Shown here: positions 20,025 through 28,796 of the stretch, in pieces
How the letters are laid out: every line of letters starts with the position of its first letter
How positions within the stretch are numbered: the stretch's first letter is position 1
NCBI GenBank assembly: GCA_021791995.1
Contig: JAJYVN010000001.1
Coordinates: 1 to 48,758 of the forward strand
Source of the DNA: Bacillota bacterium
Lineage (GTDB): Bacteria > Bacillota > Sulfobacillia > RBS10-35 > JAJYVN01
Reading direction: 5' to 3'
Length of the DNA: 48,758 nucleotides
Position numbers and translations under genes: made by a program
Notes under the pieces: model-generated
What the model was told of the DNA's origin: nothing
What the model saw: the letters and a program-made list of their open reading frames with translations, nothing else
Database searches by the model: none

Positions 20025-21689
20025 ATGTATCTGCGATCGACCACCCGTACCAACAAGACCGGCGAGACGGTCCGCTACCTCCAACTCGCCGAGAGTGTCC
20101 GTGACCCCAAGAAGGGATACCCCGTTGCGAAGGTCGTCTACAACTTCGGCCGCGCCGACGAAGTCGATGAAGCCTCCCTCCGCCGGCTCGCCAAGAGCAT
20201 CACCCGCTTCCTGTCTCCCGAAGACGCTCTCGAGACCCAGGCCGAGTTGGACCCCGCCTCAGGCGACCTGCGCTTCGTTGAGAGCTTCCCGTATGGCCCG
20301 GCCTACCCCCTCGCCTCGCTGTGGCATGAGTTCGGCCTCGACGCCGTGATCATGGACCTGGTCAAGGACCGCAAGTTCAGCGCCCCGGTCGAGCGCGCGA
20401 TTCTGGCCATGGTCGCCGGTCGAGCGCTTGAGCCGGGGAGCAAGCGCGCCACCGCCGAGTGGCTCGATGGTCACGTCGCCATCCCCGACGTGGACCAGAT
20501 CCCCCTGCACCAGCTCTACCGCGCCATGGACGTGCTGATCGAGGCGGAGGAGGACCTGCAGCGGCGCGTGTTCGAGCGCGTCGCCCACCTGTTGAACCTC
20601 GAGGTGGACCTGCTCTTCTTCGACACGACGTCCACCTACTTCGAGACCGAGGGGGAGGACGAGTTCCGCCGCCGCGGCCACTCCAAGGACTCGCGCCCCG
20701 ACCTGGCCCAGGTGGTGATCGGGCTCGCCGTCACCCGCGAGGGCATCCCGATCCGGGTCTGGACGTGGCCGGGCAACACGACCGACGTGACGCGGATCAA
20801 GACCGTGCGCGAGGACCTTCGGGGCTGGCGGCTGGGGCGGGTGGTCCAGGTGGTCGACCGGGGCTTCGTGTCCGAGGCGAACCTGCGTGAGATGACACGC
20901 GGCGGCGACCACTACATCGCCGGGGTGAAGATGCGCCAGGGCAGTGCCGGCGTGGAGGAGGCGCTGTCCCGACCGGGCCGCTTTCGGAGCGTGCGCGACA
21001 ACATAGAGGTCAAGGAGATCTGGGTGGGGAGCGGCGAGAAGAGGCAGCGGTTCGTCCTGGTGCGCAATCCCAAGGATGCCGAGCGCGACCGCAAGACCCG
21101 CGAGTCGATCGTGAAGCACGTGACCGAGGCGATGGCGGCGATCCGCGAACTCGAGGTCGGGCATGTGAAGGCGGCGTGCGAGCTTGCCGCCCATGAGGTC
21201 TACGGGCGGTACGTGAGGCTGAACGAGAAGACGGGGCGGCTGAGCCTGAACCGGGAGCGGATCCGCGAGGAGGAGCGGCTGGACGGCAAGTACCTGATCG
21301 GCACGTCGGACGACACGCTGACGGCGGAGGACGTGGTGCTGGGCTACCGGCAGCTGCTTGAGGTGGAGGACGCCTTTAGGACGCTCAAGACGACGCTCGA
21401 GCTGAGGCCGCTCTACCACCGCCTGGAGAACCGGATCCGCGCGCACGTGGTGCTGTGCTGGCTGGCGCTTATGTTGGTGCGGATCGCCGAGTACCGGACG
21501 GGCGAGACGTGGACGGAGATCCGCCACGAGCTTGGGCGGATGCACCTCGGGCGGTTCGAAGGTGACGCTGGGACGGTGTGGCGGCGCACCGAGACGCGGC
21601 CGGCGCAGGCCAGCCTGTTCACGGCTATGAAGGTGGCGGAGCCGCCCGTGGTATTGCGGATCGAGCGCGCGCGCGGGAGGGCGATGTAG
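20025..21689 (+). CDS. IS1634-family DDE transposase
   Basis: FFDTTSTYF, GHSKD.RPDL.QV, VVDRG, VEDAFRTLK, RIRAHV motifs; 554 aa. Confidence 0.95.
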   Translation: MYLRSTTRTNKTGETVRYLQLAESVRDPKKGYPVAKVVYNFGRADEVDEASLRRLAKSITRFLSPEDALETQAELDPASGDLRFVESFPYGPAYPLASLWHEFGLDAVIMDLVKDRKFSAPVERAILAMVAGRALEPGSKRATAEWLDGHVAIPDVDQIPLHQLYRAMDVLIEAEEDLQRRVFERVAHLLNLEVDLLFFDTTSTYFETEGEDEFRRRGHSKDSRPDLAQVVIGLAVTREGIPIRVWTWPGNTTDVTRIKTVREDLRGWRLGRVVQVVDRGFVSEANLREMTRGGDHYIAGVKMRQGSAGVEEALSRPGRFRSVRDNIEVKEIWVGSGEKRQRFVLVRNPKDAERDRKTRESIVKHVTEAMAAIRELEVGHVKAACELAAHEVYGRYVRLNEKTGRLSLNRERIREEERLDGKYLIGTSDDTLTAEDVVLGYRQLLEVEDAFRTLKTTLELRPLYHRLENRIRAHVVLCWLALMLVRIAEYRTGETWTEIRHELGRMHLGRFEGDAGTVWRRTETRPAQASLFTAMKVAEPPVVLRIERARGRAM

Positions 21690-21710
21690 TAACACGACAC
21701 CCCTAGGCCA

Positions 21711-21753
21711 AAGAGCCCGCAAAGCCTTGCGGGGCCTGGCTTTGCGGGCTCTT
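21711..21753 (+). terminator. Hairpin inside the IS right end
   Basis: Perfect 16-bp stem AAGAGCCCGCAAAGCC/GGCTTTGCGGGCTCTT. Confidence 0.65.
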
Positions 21754-21965
21754 CATGTGCCTACCAACTGTCGAAGTCGGGCCCGAGACGTGGAGCTCGG
21801 GGTGCACTTCCGCTGCGACGGTACGAGGGATCAGGCTGACCTTCGACTGATTAACCGGCCCCGCCGATGTGCGCGCCCACCGGGGTCCGCCTCGCCGCTA
21901 CGCGCCCTTGCGACGCGTTCGCCGGCGGCGCGGTCCCTTCGTGTTCCCATCAGGAGGTGACACGG

Positions 21966-22208
21966 TTGGGCGCATGGACGGACAGCGCCTTGAGGCTCGC
22001 TTCCCGTGTGACCCTCACGGCCTCCGGCCCGGTCACGTTGCTAGGTGTCAACGGCTGGCCGGAACGCGCAATCGCTAAGGACGCCGAAGAGGGGCGCGTC
22101 GCGGAGGCGCCCGTTCTGGTGCCTCCGATGGCAGCCGGGGCCGTTCGACCGGGAAGACCCACACCGTGCAGCCGGGGTACCTCAGGGTCCTTCAGGTTAT
22201 GGAAGTAG
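21966..22208 (+). CDS. Possible small hypothetical protein abutting tadC
   Basis: Strong AGGAGGTG RBS before TTG; stop codon directly adjacent to the tadC start; no recognisable family. Confidence 0.3.
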   Translation: MGAWTDSALRLASRVTLTASGPVTLLGVNGWPERAIAKDAEEGRVAEAPVLVPPMAAGAVRPGRPTPCSRGTSGSFRLWK

Positions 22209-23048
22209 GTGAATAAGGTGCTGGTCAGGGTCTTGCTCTCTATCGCGGCCGGCGCGAGCGCCGGCTTGAGCCTCTACCGGGCCGTCGAGGTATCCGACTT
22301 GGTCCTCCGCCAGCGCGGCCAGGGGATGGCGTCCGGTGCCCGGCTTCGGACGCTGGGTGACGCAGGTTGGGCGCTGATCTTCCGACTGTGGGGACCGAAC
22401 AGTGAGGAGGTATGCCGGTCGGTCCACATGGACCCCGTGCTCCTGCTCAGGATTCAGCTCCTGGTCTCCCTCATGCCGGCCGGACTCCTCGGCTTTCTCA
22501 TGCGCCTTCCGTGGCCCATCGTGGTCGGTGTGTCGGCCGCCGGGTTCGTGCTCTTGCCGCGCGCCATCCTCAACAGTGAGGTGTCCGACAGGCGGACGCG
22601 CATCCTGGCCGAGCTTCCGGATACGCTGGGGCCGATGCTTGAGGTGGTGCAGCTGACGGGGGACCCCATCCAGGGCGTTCGGGCGGGGTTGCCCTACACG
22701 GATCCGAAGGGCGCGCTCCGTGAGGAGTTCATGCGCGTCCTGAGTGAGACGGGAGCTCACCATGACTTCCCGCTAGCGATTGAGCGCTGGGCGGAGCGCG
22801 TCGGACATCCGCTCGCGAAGGACGTCGCCCGGATCCTGGTGGTCGGCTTTCAGCGCCGGCTTCACGCCCAGGCGCTGGAGGACGTACGGGACAAGCTCGC
22901 CGCCATCCGCGTCATGATCGTCGAGGCCGCGACCGCGGCGATACCGAACTACATGGCCGCCGCCGGCGGCGCGCTCTTCATGGGCTTTGCCGCGCTGCTG
23001 CTGATACCCGGATACGTCATGCTGCACTCCGGATTCGGGCTCTTGTAG
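22209..23048 (+). CDS. tadC: TadC-like platform protein (T2SS-F family)
   Basis: TM pair then RTRILAELPDTL...G.L.EEF.RV domain and a C-terminal TM; partner of tadB. Confidence 0.75.
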   Translation: MNKVLVRVLLSIAAGASAGLSLYRAVEVSDLVLRQRGQGMASGARLRTLGDAGWALIFRLWGPNSEEVCRSVHMDPVLLLRIQLLVSLMPAGLLGFLMRLPWPIVVGVSAAGFVLLPRAILNSEVSDRRTRILAELPDTLGPMLEVVQLTGDPIQGVRAGLPYTDPKGALREEFMRVLSETGAHHDFPLAIERWAERVGHPLAKDVARILVVGFQRRLHAQALEDVRDKLAAIRVMIVEAATAAIPNYMAAAGGALFMGFAALLLIPGYVMLHSGFGLL

Positions 23049-23157
23049 CGCTGGCTGTGCGTTGCCGCCCAAGGTCCCCACGTCGAACGGGGCTGCGTTC
23101 GTAAGGCACGTACCACACCGAAGAGATCACACTGGCGGTGGGGCCTCGGCAGTCGGG

Positions 23158-23454
23158 CTACCGAAGGACTTCGACGAGTGCGGATACGGTGGGAGCGCCT
23201 TCAAGGGCCGATCCGTTGCGGTACAGGCGACAGGACCAAACGTCTGCCGCAGCGTGAGGGAACGGATCGTCGCCGTTTACCAGGATCGTCGGCGAGCCGT
23301 GCATACCGGCAGCACGCGCCTCGGTGGGGTTGGCCACTAGGTGAAGTCGAACGTCTACGTCGCGACGGCCCACAATCTCCAGGGCCGCCTCCAGGCGTTC
23401 CCGCGCCAGACGCCAGTTCGGGCAATGGTCGAAGTACACAACCTCAACGTCCAT
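23158..23454 (-). CDS. Thioredoxin-like protein typical of MerR-associated cassettes
   Basis: YFDHCPNW, GSPTILVNG.DPF, SCRLY motifs; GAGGAGG RBS. Confidence 0.8.
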   Translation of the reverse strand: MDVEVVYFDHCPNWRLARERLEAALEIVGRRDVDVRLHLVANPTEARAAGMHGSPTILVNGDDPFPHAAADVWSCRLYRNGSALEGAPTVSALVEVLR

Positions 23455-23480
23455 GCGTCACCGCCACCTCCTCGATACGG

Positions 23481-23512
23481 ACCTTAAACCCTCCCCTATA
23501 CTGGAATGTCAA
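23481..23512 (-). promoter_or_regulatory. MerR-type promoter/operator
   Basis: Minus strand TTGACA-20 bp-TAAGGT with imperfect dyad ACATTCC...GGAGGGT; elongated spacer typical of MerR activation. Confidence 0.75.
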
Positions 23513-23519
23513 GAGGGTG

Positions 23520-23939
23520 ATGCGTGTGCTCATCGGCGAACTTGCCGAACGATCTGGCCTAACGACCAAGGCCATACGGTTCTACGAGGAGCAGGGCCTG
23601 TTGCAACCTGCTACGCGCACACGGGCCGGGTATCGCGTCTACGGGGAGGACGCACTCGATCGCCTGGCCTTCGTCCGAGCGGGCCAGGCCGTTGGCTTCA
23701 CGTTGGGCGAACTACGCGAGGTGGTCGTCTTTCGCGATCGCGGCCAAGCGCCGTGTACCCATGTTTCGGCGCTGCTGGAGCAGAAGGCGGCCGAGGTCGA
23801 CGCCCGCATCGCGGAGCTCGTGGAGCTCCGAGGGGCGCTGGAGGGCCTGCGTGATCGCGCCCGGCGCCTGCGCCCTGAGGACTGTCCGGCTTCGACCGTC
23901 TGCCATCTGATCACGCCGGCGTCGACACGGAACCATTGA
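23520..23939 (+). CDS. Heavy-metal-responsive MerR-family regulator
   Basis: IGELAERSG...IRFYE..GLL...GYRVY, GFTLGE; Cys in APCTHV and C-terminal CPASTVC. Confidence 0.9.
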   Translation: MRVLIGELAERSGLTTKAIRFYEEQGLLQPATRTRAGYRVYGEDALDRLAFVRAGQAVGFTLGELREVVVFRDRGQAPCTHVSALLEQKAAEVDARIAELVELRGALEGLRDRARRLRPEDCPASTVCHLITPASTRNH

Positions 23940-23958
23940 CCCAAGAGCGAGTCCTCAT

Positions 23959-24005
23959 GGGGCCGCCCTTCAGCAGACCAACTGCTGAGGGGCGGCCCCT
24001 CTTTC
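23959..24005 (+). terminator. Long hairpin terminator after merR
   Basis: 18-bp stem (one G-U), 5-nt loop, TCTTTC tail; a second hairpin TAGGCACTT/AAGTGCCTA at 24007-24032. Confidence 0.7.
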
Positions 24006-24055
24006 ATAGGCACTTCAGGCCTAAAGTGCCTAAGTTCAAGGTAGGGGGAGAGAAC

Positions 24056-24310
24056 GTGAACAAGGTTCGCGCGGCCTTGTCGGCACGATTCGGACGCGGC
24101 AGGCTGCGGCGGCTGCGGTCGGACCGTGGCGACTGGATGACCTACATCAACTGGGCGATCGGCATCGGCGCGGGGATTCTCGTCGGCTACGGGGTCCTGA
24201 ACTACCTCGTCCCCGCGGTCAACGGCGGCATGCAGGGGCAGACGACCTGCTTCTTCGGTTCCAACAGCGGCTCGGTCAACACCTCGTGCCAGCAGGCGCC
24301 TACGTCTTAG
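24056..24310 (+). CDS. Flp-like major pilin
   Basis: GGGGGAG RBS; 84 aa; basic leader ending RRLRSDRG, then a hydrophobic helix and a short C-terminus with 2 Cys. Confidence 0.7.
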   Translation: MNKVRAALSARFGRGRLRRLRSDRGDWMTYINWAIGIGAGILVGYGVLNYLVPAVNGGMQGQTTCFFGSNSGSVNTSCQQAPTS

Positions 24311-24321
24311 GGCGATAGGCG

Positions 24322-24362
24322 GAACAGGGGGCTCGGTGCGCCGGGCCCCTTGTTCGTTGGTT
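24322..24362 (+). terminator. Hairpin after the pilin gene
   Basis: 15-bp stem with two G-U pairs, tail GTTGGTTG. Confidence 0.6.
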
Positions 24363-24375
24363 GGGGGGATGCACG

Positions 24376-25014
24376 ATGTCGACCTTGGGCCGCCTGCTTA
24401 CGTACCTCTCCGGAAGTGCGGCCGTTCTGGTGCTGGGTGGCGTGCTTGCGCGGGTGCAGCCCCGGCTTTGGCCATGGATGCTCCCTTACCTCGCCTTCGA
24501 GGTGTCCACGGCGGTATTTGCGTTCATCTCCCCGAAGGCCCGGGTACCGGCGTGGGGCTGGACGGAGACCCTGGTGCCGAGCGTCGCGACGTGGCTCTAC
24601 GTGGTGGGCTTTGCGGTACTTCATGGAAGCCCTGTATCGAACCCGTGGGTGCGCGGTGCGTCAGAAGGTCTATCACTCGTCGGGTACGGGCTCGGCACCT
24701 GGGCTCTCTTGAACCTCAGGACGGCGTTCTCGGTCCTCCCCGAGGTACGCACGCTCGTGGCCACGGGACCGTACCGGTTCGTGAGGCACCCGATGTACCT
24801 GGCGTACTTCCTGATCACGGCAGGTTCGGTGGTCGCCGAGCCGAGCCCGTCGCTGCTAGCAGCGGCAGCCGTATGGGCGGGCCTCATGTACGCGCGTGCC
24901 AGGGTGGAGGAGCGCAAGCTCGCGGCGAATCTGCCTGGGTACCTTGGCTACGCGGCTCGAACGGGTGCGCTTGTTCCGGGCCTTGGTCGCCTCATGCCGG
25001 AGGGGAATCCATGA
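24376..25014 (+). CDS. Isoprenylcysteine carboxyl methyltransferase (ICMT/PEMT) family membrane methyltransferase
   Basis: LVATGPYRFVRHPMY, EERKL...Y..Y motifs; multiple TM segments. Confidence 0.85.
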   Translation: MSTLGRLLTYLSGSAAVLVLGGVLARVQPRLWPWMLPYLAFEVSTAVFAFISPKARVPAWGWTETLVPSVATWLYVVGFAVLHGSPVSNPWVRGASEGLSLVGYGLGTWALLNLRTAFSVLPEVRTLVATGPYRFVRHPMYLAYFLITAGSVVAEPSPSLLAAAAVWAGLMYARARVEERKLAANLPGYLGYAARTGALVPGLGRLMPEGNP

Positions 25015-25457
25015 CGGCGGCCGACGCGACGATCCTGACGGTCGCGCTTGCCGCCGCATCCGTGTGGGACATCCGGGTGCGACGCATCCCCAACCCCCTG
25101 GTCATCGCGGCCGCGGTGCTCCTGGTGGCAGCGGATCTGGAGGGTCTCTCGTTCATGACGACCGCGATCCGGGCGGGAAGTGCCGCCGTGCTACTCGGCC
25201 TATGGCTTCTGGTGCCTACGGGCATGGGCGCCGGGGATGCGAAGCTCCTGGCCGTGTGCGCGCTCGGCGGTGGCCCGTTTCTGGCCCTGGTTCTGTTCTT
25301 TGGGTCCGCCGTGACCATGGCCTTGTTCGCGCTCGCGCGGTGGGTAGCGACGTGGGGCCGCGTGAGACTCGGCGGGGCGCTTCCGATGGCACCGTTCGCG
25401 GGAGTCGTTTGGGTGGTCGTGCTGACCGGGCTGGTTGGCGTGCCGCACCGGTTCTGA
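25011..25457 (+). CDS. A24-family prepilin peptidase (CpaA/TadV-like, no methylase domain)
   Basis: WDIRVRRIPN and GMGAGDAKL catalytic Asp motifs, PMAPF; ATGA overlap with the upstream gene. Confidence 0.9.
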   Translation: MTAADATILTVALAAASVWDIRVRRIPNPLVIAAAVLLVAADLEGLSFMTTAIRAGSAAVLLGLWLLVPTGMGAGDAKLLAVCALGGGPFLALVLFFGSAVTMALFALARWVATWGRVRLGGALPMAPFAGVVWVVVLTGLVGVPHRF

Positions 25458-25490
25458 GGTTCGACGCAAACGCCAGGGAGGGAGACGGTA

Positions 25491-26015
25491 TTGGAGCGGC
25501 TCAGGAGGCTGCGTGACGACGCGGGGTTCTTTGGCCCCTTCGGGCCCTATGTGGTGGGCCTGGTGCTGGTAGGTGCGAGTCTGGCGCTTGTCTCGGCGTT
25601 CACCGCGGTGAACGGGCTGTCTCACGACCAGGGCGCGTACGCGGGTGTGCTGTCGGGGGCGGCCAACAGCGCCGCGAGGGACGTGAACGTCCAGGCGCTC
25701 GCCGGTGGGCAGGTCGAGATCGACACGACCAAGGCTCCGACGGCGTTCACGGACTATCTCGTATCCGAGGGCGGGCTGACCAAAACGTCGCCGGGGATCT
25801 TCCAGGCCAGCGCGACGTCGTCGGGTCAGACGGCGGGCCAGACCCCTACGGTCAGCGGCCTTTCGGTGTCACCGTCGCCCTCGACGACTGGCGTACTGGC
25901 GCAAGGTTGGGCGGCCGACGTCTTGCCCCTCCCGGTGCTCGGCACCATGACCGTGCGCCTTCCCGAGAGTGTTAGCGTTGAGCCGCAGGCGAGGCTTGCG
26001 GACACCGTCCCGTAG
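25491..26015 (+). CDS. TadG/TadE-like minor pilin
   Basis: Leader RLRRLRDDAG, TM helix, then L..AA.SAA motif. Confidence 0.6.
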   Translation: MERLRRLRDDAGFFGPFGPYVVGLVLVGASLALVSAFTAVNGLSHDQGAYAGVLSGAANSAARDVNVQALAGGQVEIDTTKAPTAFTDYLVSEGGLTKTSPGIFQASATSSGQTAGQTPTVSGLSVSPSPSTTGVLAQGWAADVLPLPVLGTMTVRLPESVSVEPQARLADTVP

Positions 26016-26550
26016 GGCTCGGGTGGAATGCACGTACCGGAGTAGCCCGTCGGTCCCTATGGCGCAGGATGGCCGTACGGATCGGTGTCGGCCTCCATCC
26101 AGATCTCGATTCCGGAGGCTGTCAGGCTGGACCGACGGGCGATCGGTACTCCAATCGCCATCCATAGACAAGGCGACACGTACTCATGTGGTGGAGAAAT
26201 GGCGTGCCGTAGGCGGTTCGGTACAGGAACGCCAAGGCGCGCGCTTCGATTTCCTCTTGGGTCACGTTCGTACCACCTGGAGTTATGGTCGGGGGCACGG
26301 TATGGCCTGGGACCTGCGATGGTTCGGCTCGCTAGGCACTGACGACCCTGCTTATGCGCCATCAATCGCCGGAGGCAGCTTAGTCGACGAGGTCGTTGCT
26401 GAGGCCCGAGTACCTAGCGGCGGCCTGAGCCTGGACGGCGCGCAGCGCCCGACTTGCGCAACACCCTCGCGGCATCGCGCATCTCCATCACGGCCCTAGC
26501 TCCACGCCTTTGAGGAGTGTAGTGCGGTGATCCCGCATTGGTCGTTGCGG

Positions 26551-27120
26551 CTAACGCCTGGACCGGAACGTTGCTAGTTGCCTAGTCACGCCAGTTACCT
26601 GGCGACGATATCGAATCAAATCCACACTAGCGCCAAAGTGCAAGACCATTGCTGCCTCAGACAACTGGCGTCTAGCAGCCCAGAGCAGTGCTGGCCGCGG
26701 CAACTGTAGACAACCGCCTAGCCAACTGGCTTCTGCTTCCTGTTCCTCGTCGTAGTCCCGGAGAGGGTAAGGGAACTCGCTTATCTGGAGAACCATCGAG
26801 GGCTCGTGCTTGCACAGCAAGTGGGCGAGCTCGTGCATGAGGTCGCTCTGTTGTCTCGTCTTTGCGTGCTCTGTATTCCTAATAATTACGGGCTGATCTC
26901 CAACGGAAATTGTCAAGGCCGACCAACTGGACGGATCGGTGAATAGCAATTGCCAAAGTGTGACCGCGTCCATACCGGGAATGTCATGTGGGCCGACGAG
27001 GAAAACACCTAGATGGGAAGCCAATTGTTCGGCTGCTAGGGGATCCTGGGGGTTTAGGTCAAGAGCACGACGCAAGTCCACCGCCCACGCCTCGGATTGG
27101 GTCTTGAATCCTCTTTGCAT
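26551..27120 (-). CDS. ImmA/IrrE-family metallopeptidase (CapP-like)
   Basis: RQQSDLMHELAH zinc motif, E.EA..LGGCL.LP. Confidence 0.9.
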   Translation of the reverse strand: MQRGFKTQSEAWAVDLRRALDLNPQDPLAAEQLASHLGVFLVGPHDIPGMDAVTLWQLLFTDPSSWSALTISVGDQPVIIRNTEHAKTRQQSDLMHELAHLLCKHEPSMVLQISEFPYPLRDYDEEQEAEASWLGGCLQLPRPALLWAARRQLSEAAMVLHFGASVDLIRYRRQVTGVTRQLATFRSRR

Positions 27121-27122
27121 GT

Positions 27123-27503
27123 CTATCGCGGACTTGGCTGGGGCCAGTCTCCCCGCCCGGCAGCCTCAAACGCTAAACGGATCATAGTTACCAAGGCCTC
27201 CACTGTTTTGGGATCCAAAGTACGTTGAGCCCGAAGGTGCGCTGTAATTATATCAACATCCGTTGCCGCTGCTTTTTGCGGTTCTGAGCTAACGCTGAGA
27301 TTGTGTGCGAGGTGGTCTGGGGAGACGCCGAGCCACCGGCACAGGCGCAGGAAGGTGTTCAGATCGGGTACATGACCCCTTTCGATTCGTGACAGGGTCG
27401 AGGCGCTGATGCCTCCGATCTCCTTCGCCGCCGCTTGGAGCCCGCGATTACCACGCTTCGTTCGGATCAGCGCAGCTAGTTCAGCAAGGTTCACATCAGA
27501 CAC
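27123..27503 (-). CDS. XRE-family HTH repressor (CapH-like)
   Basis: AAKEIGGISASTLSRIERG..PDL.TF HTH; paired with the peptidase and divergent from the Ubl operon. Confidence 0.85.
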   Translation of the reverse strand: MSDVNLAELAALIRTKRGNRGLQAAAKEIGGISASTLSRIERGHVPDLNTFLRLCRWLGVSPDHLAHNLSVSSEPQKAAATDVDIITAHLRAQRTLDPKTVEALVTMIRLAFEAAGRGDWPQPSPR

Positions 27504-27549
27504 AACTGTGCCCACCCTTCCCGTCGCATGAATAAGACGTATTGCGCTC

Positions 27550-27587
27550 TTGCAAGGGGATGGGGTCCTTGCGTATAATGTACGCAA
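27550..27587 (+). promoter_or_regulatory. Promoter of the Ubl operon with overlapping palindromic operator
   Basis: TTGCAA-18 bp-TATAAT; perfect IR TTGCGTA-N5-TACGCAA (27569-27587) over the -10. Confidence 0.7.
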
Positions 27588-27656
27588 CACGTGTCACGGA
27601 TGCAACACTTGCGATTCGGAACGTGGGGTGACCAGTGTGAGAGGGGGCTGAAAGAA

Positions 27657-27884
27657 GTGGCCGACGGCGCCAAGTACGAGGTGGACATCGAGGGCCGTTT
27701 CTACCCGTGGGATTCAGACGACATCACGACCAAGGACATCATCCGGTTGGCGGGCTTTGCGGCTGGCACCCAAATCATCGAGGTCGATGGCGACAACAAC
27801 CAGCGGACCTTGGGGCCCGAGGAGGTTGTCGAGTTGAAGCCTGGTCATGGCTTCGCCAAGCGACACCGGTTTCGCCGGGGTTAG
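27657..27884 (+). CDS. Ubiquitin-like (multi-ubiquitin domain family) protein
   Basis: GAGGGGG RBS + GTG; 75 aa with a beta-grasp-like pattern ending RFRRG; first gene of an E2-JAB-E1 operon. Confidence 0.8.
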   Translation: MADGAKYEVDIEGRFYPWDSDDITTKDIIRLAGFAAGTQIIEVDGDNNQRTLGPEEVVELKPGHGFAKRHRFRRG

Positions 27885-27888
27885 GGCG

Positions 27889-28266
27889 ATGACGCGCATT
27901 GAGCAGGAGTTGGTTCTCCTGCGCTCCAAGTTCCCGGATGCAGCCTTGCAAGGTCAGTGGGTACTGCTGCCGAGCTATCCTGTACCGAACCCCGGGTGGG
28001 GCGCCGACTCCGTCAAGGTCGCCTTCCCAATCCCCGCCGCCTACCCAGCCCAGAAGCCGTATGCCTTCTACGTCTCACCCCCTCTTAGGGTGGGCGCCTC
28101 GATCCCCGGAAATGCCACTGAGGCGTCTGATCCGGTCTTCGATGGGGAATGGACCAAGTTTTCATGGGACTGTCAGGACTGGTCGCCGGCGGCGGAAGTC
28201 GCGGGAGGCTCCAACTTGCTGCACTGGGCGCTAAGCTTCCACGAGCGCCTAAAGGATTACTCATGA
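27889..28266 (+). CDS. Prokaryotic E2/UBC-like protein (E2_E-type)
   Basis: WVLLPSYPVP..GW, IP..YP...PY.FY, W..FSW...W.P. Confidence 0.8.
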   Translation: MTRIEQELVLLRSKFPDAALQGQWVLLPSYPVPNPGWGADSVKVAFPIPAAYPAQKPYAFYVSPPLRVGASIPGNATEASDPVFDGEWTKFSWDCQDWSPAAEVAGGSNLLHWALSFHERLKDYS

Positions 28267-28796
28267 CCATCGAGGTCCGACTGACGTCGGAGGAGTGGAT
28301 TCTACTCCGTCAGCATCTGTTTCAGAATTCCAAGGAGCATGCCGCGTTTGCCTTTTGCAAACTGGCGCGGGGAGACGACGGAGTGGCCCTGGTATCGGAG
28401 GACCTATATCTTGCCGTCCGGTCGGACTTCGAATTGCAGTTGGAATACCATATTACGCTTAGCGATGAGACCCTTGCGCGGCTGATTAAGAAAGCGTGGG
28501 ATCATGACCACTGTATTGTGGAGTTTCACTCCCATCCAAAGTCCCCCGGTGGGGTGAGTTTCTCGCCGAGTGACCTTGATGGGCTAGCAGACGTCGTTCC
28601 GTACATCGGTTGGCGGTTACGGGGACGGCCATACGCAGCGGTCGTTGTCGGACTCAAGGAGATAGACGCCTTGGCCTGGGTCGATGACTTCACGGTTCCG
28701 CAGCGACTGGATGTGGTGCGAGTGGGCAATGACAAGCTGCTACCAAGTCAGATTACTATATCTGAACTGGAGGGCGACTATGGGGAGATTCAGTAG
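28263..28796 (+). CDS. JAB/MPN metalloprotease (deubiquitinase-like)
   Basis: JAMM motif E...HSHP......FSPSD intact. Confidence 0.85.
   Translation: MTIEVRLTSEEWILLRQHLFQNSKEHAAFAFCKLARGDDGVALVSEDLYLAVRSDFELQLEYHITLSDETLARLIKKAWDHDHCIVEFHSHPKSPGGVSFSPSDLDGLADVVPYIGWRLRGRPYAAVVVGLKEIDALAWVDDFTVPQRLDVVRVGNDKLLPSQITISELEGDYGEIQ

Larger units (their letters stand above)
19855..21781 (+). mobile_element. Complete IS1634-family insertion sequence
   Basis: 17-bp terminal IRs CCCGAGTTCGACAGTTG / CAACTGTCGAAGTCGGG (1 mismatch); 5-bp direct repeat CCCGA at 19850-19854 and 21782-21786. Confidence 0.9.

Noticed and set aside
20259..21722. Long antisense/alternate-frame ORFs (also 1218-2396, 41586-42644, 46603-47757)
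   Set aside because: Shadow ORFs of high-GC genes on the opposite strand; no motifs
26016..26550. ORF 25969..26499 and neighbours
   Set aside because: No credible start or family signature
26551..27503. ImmR/ImmA ICE master switch
   Set aside because: No integrase or xis adjacent; the divergent Ubl operon fits a CapH/CapP arrangement better
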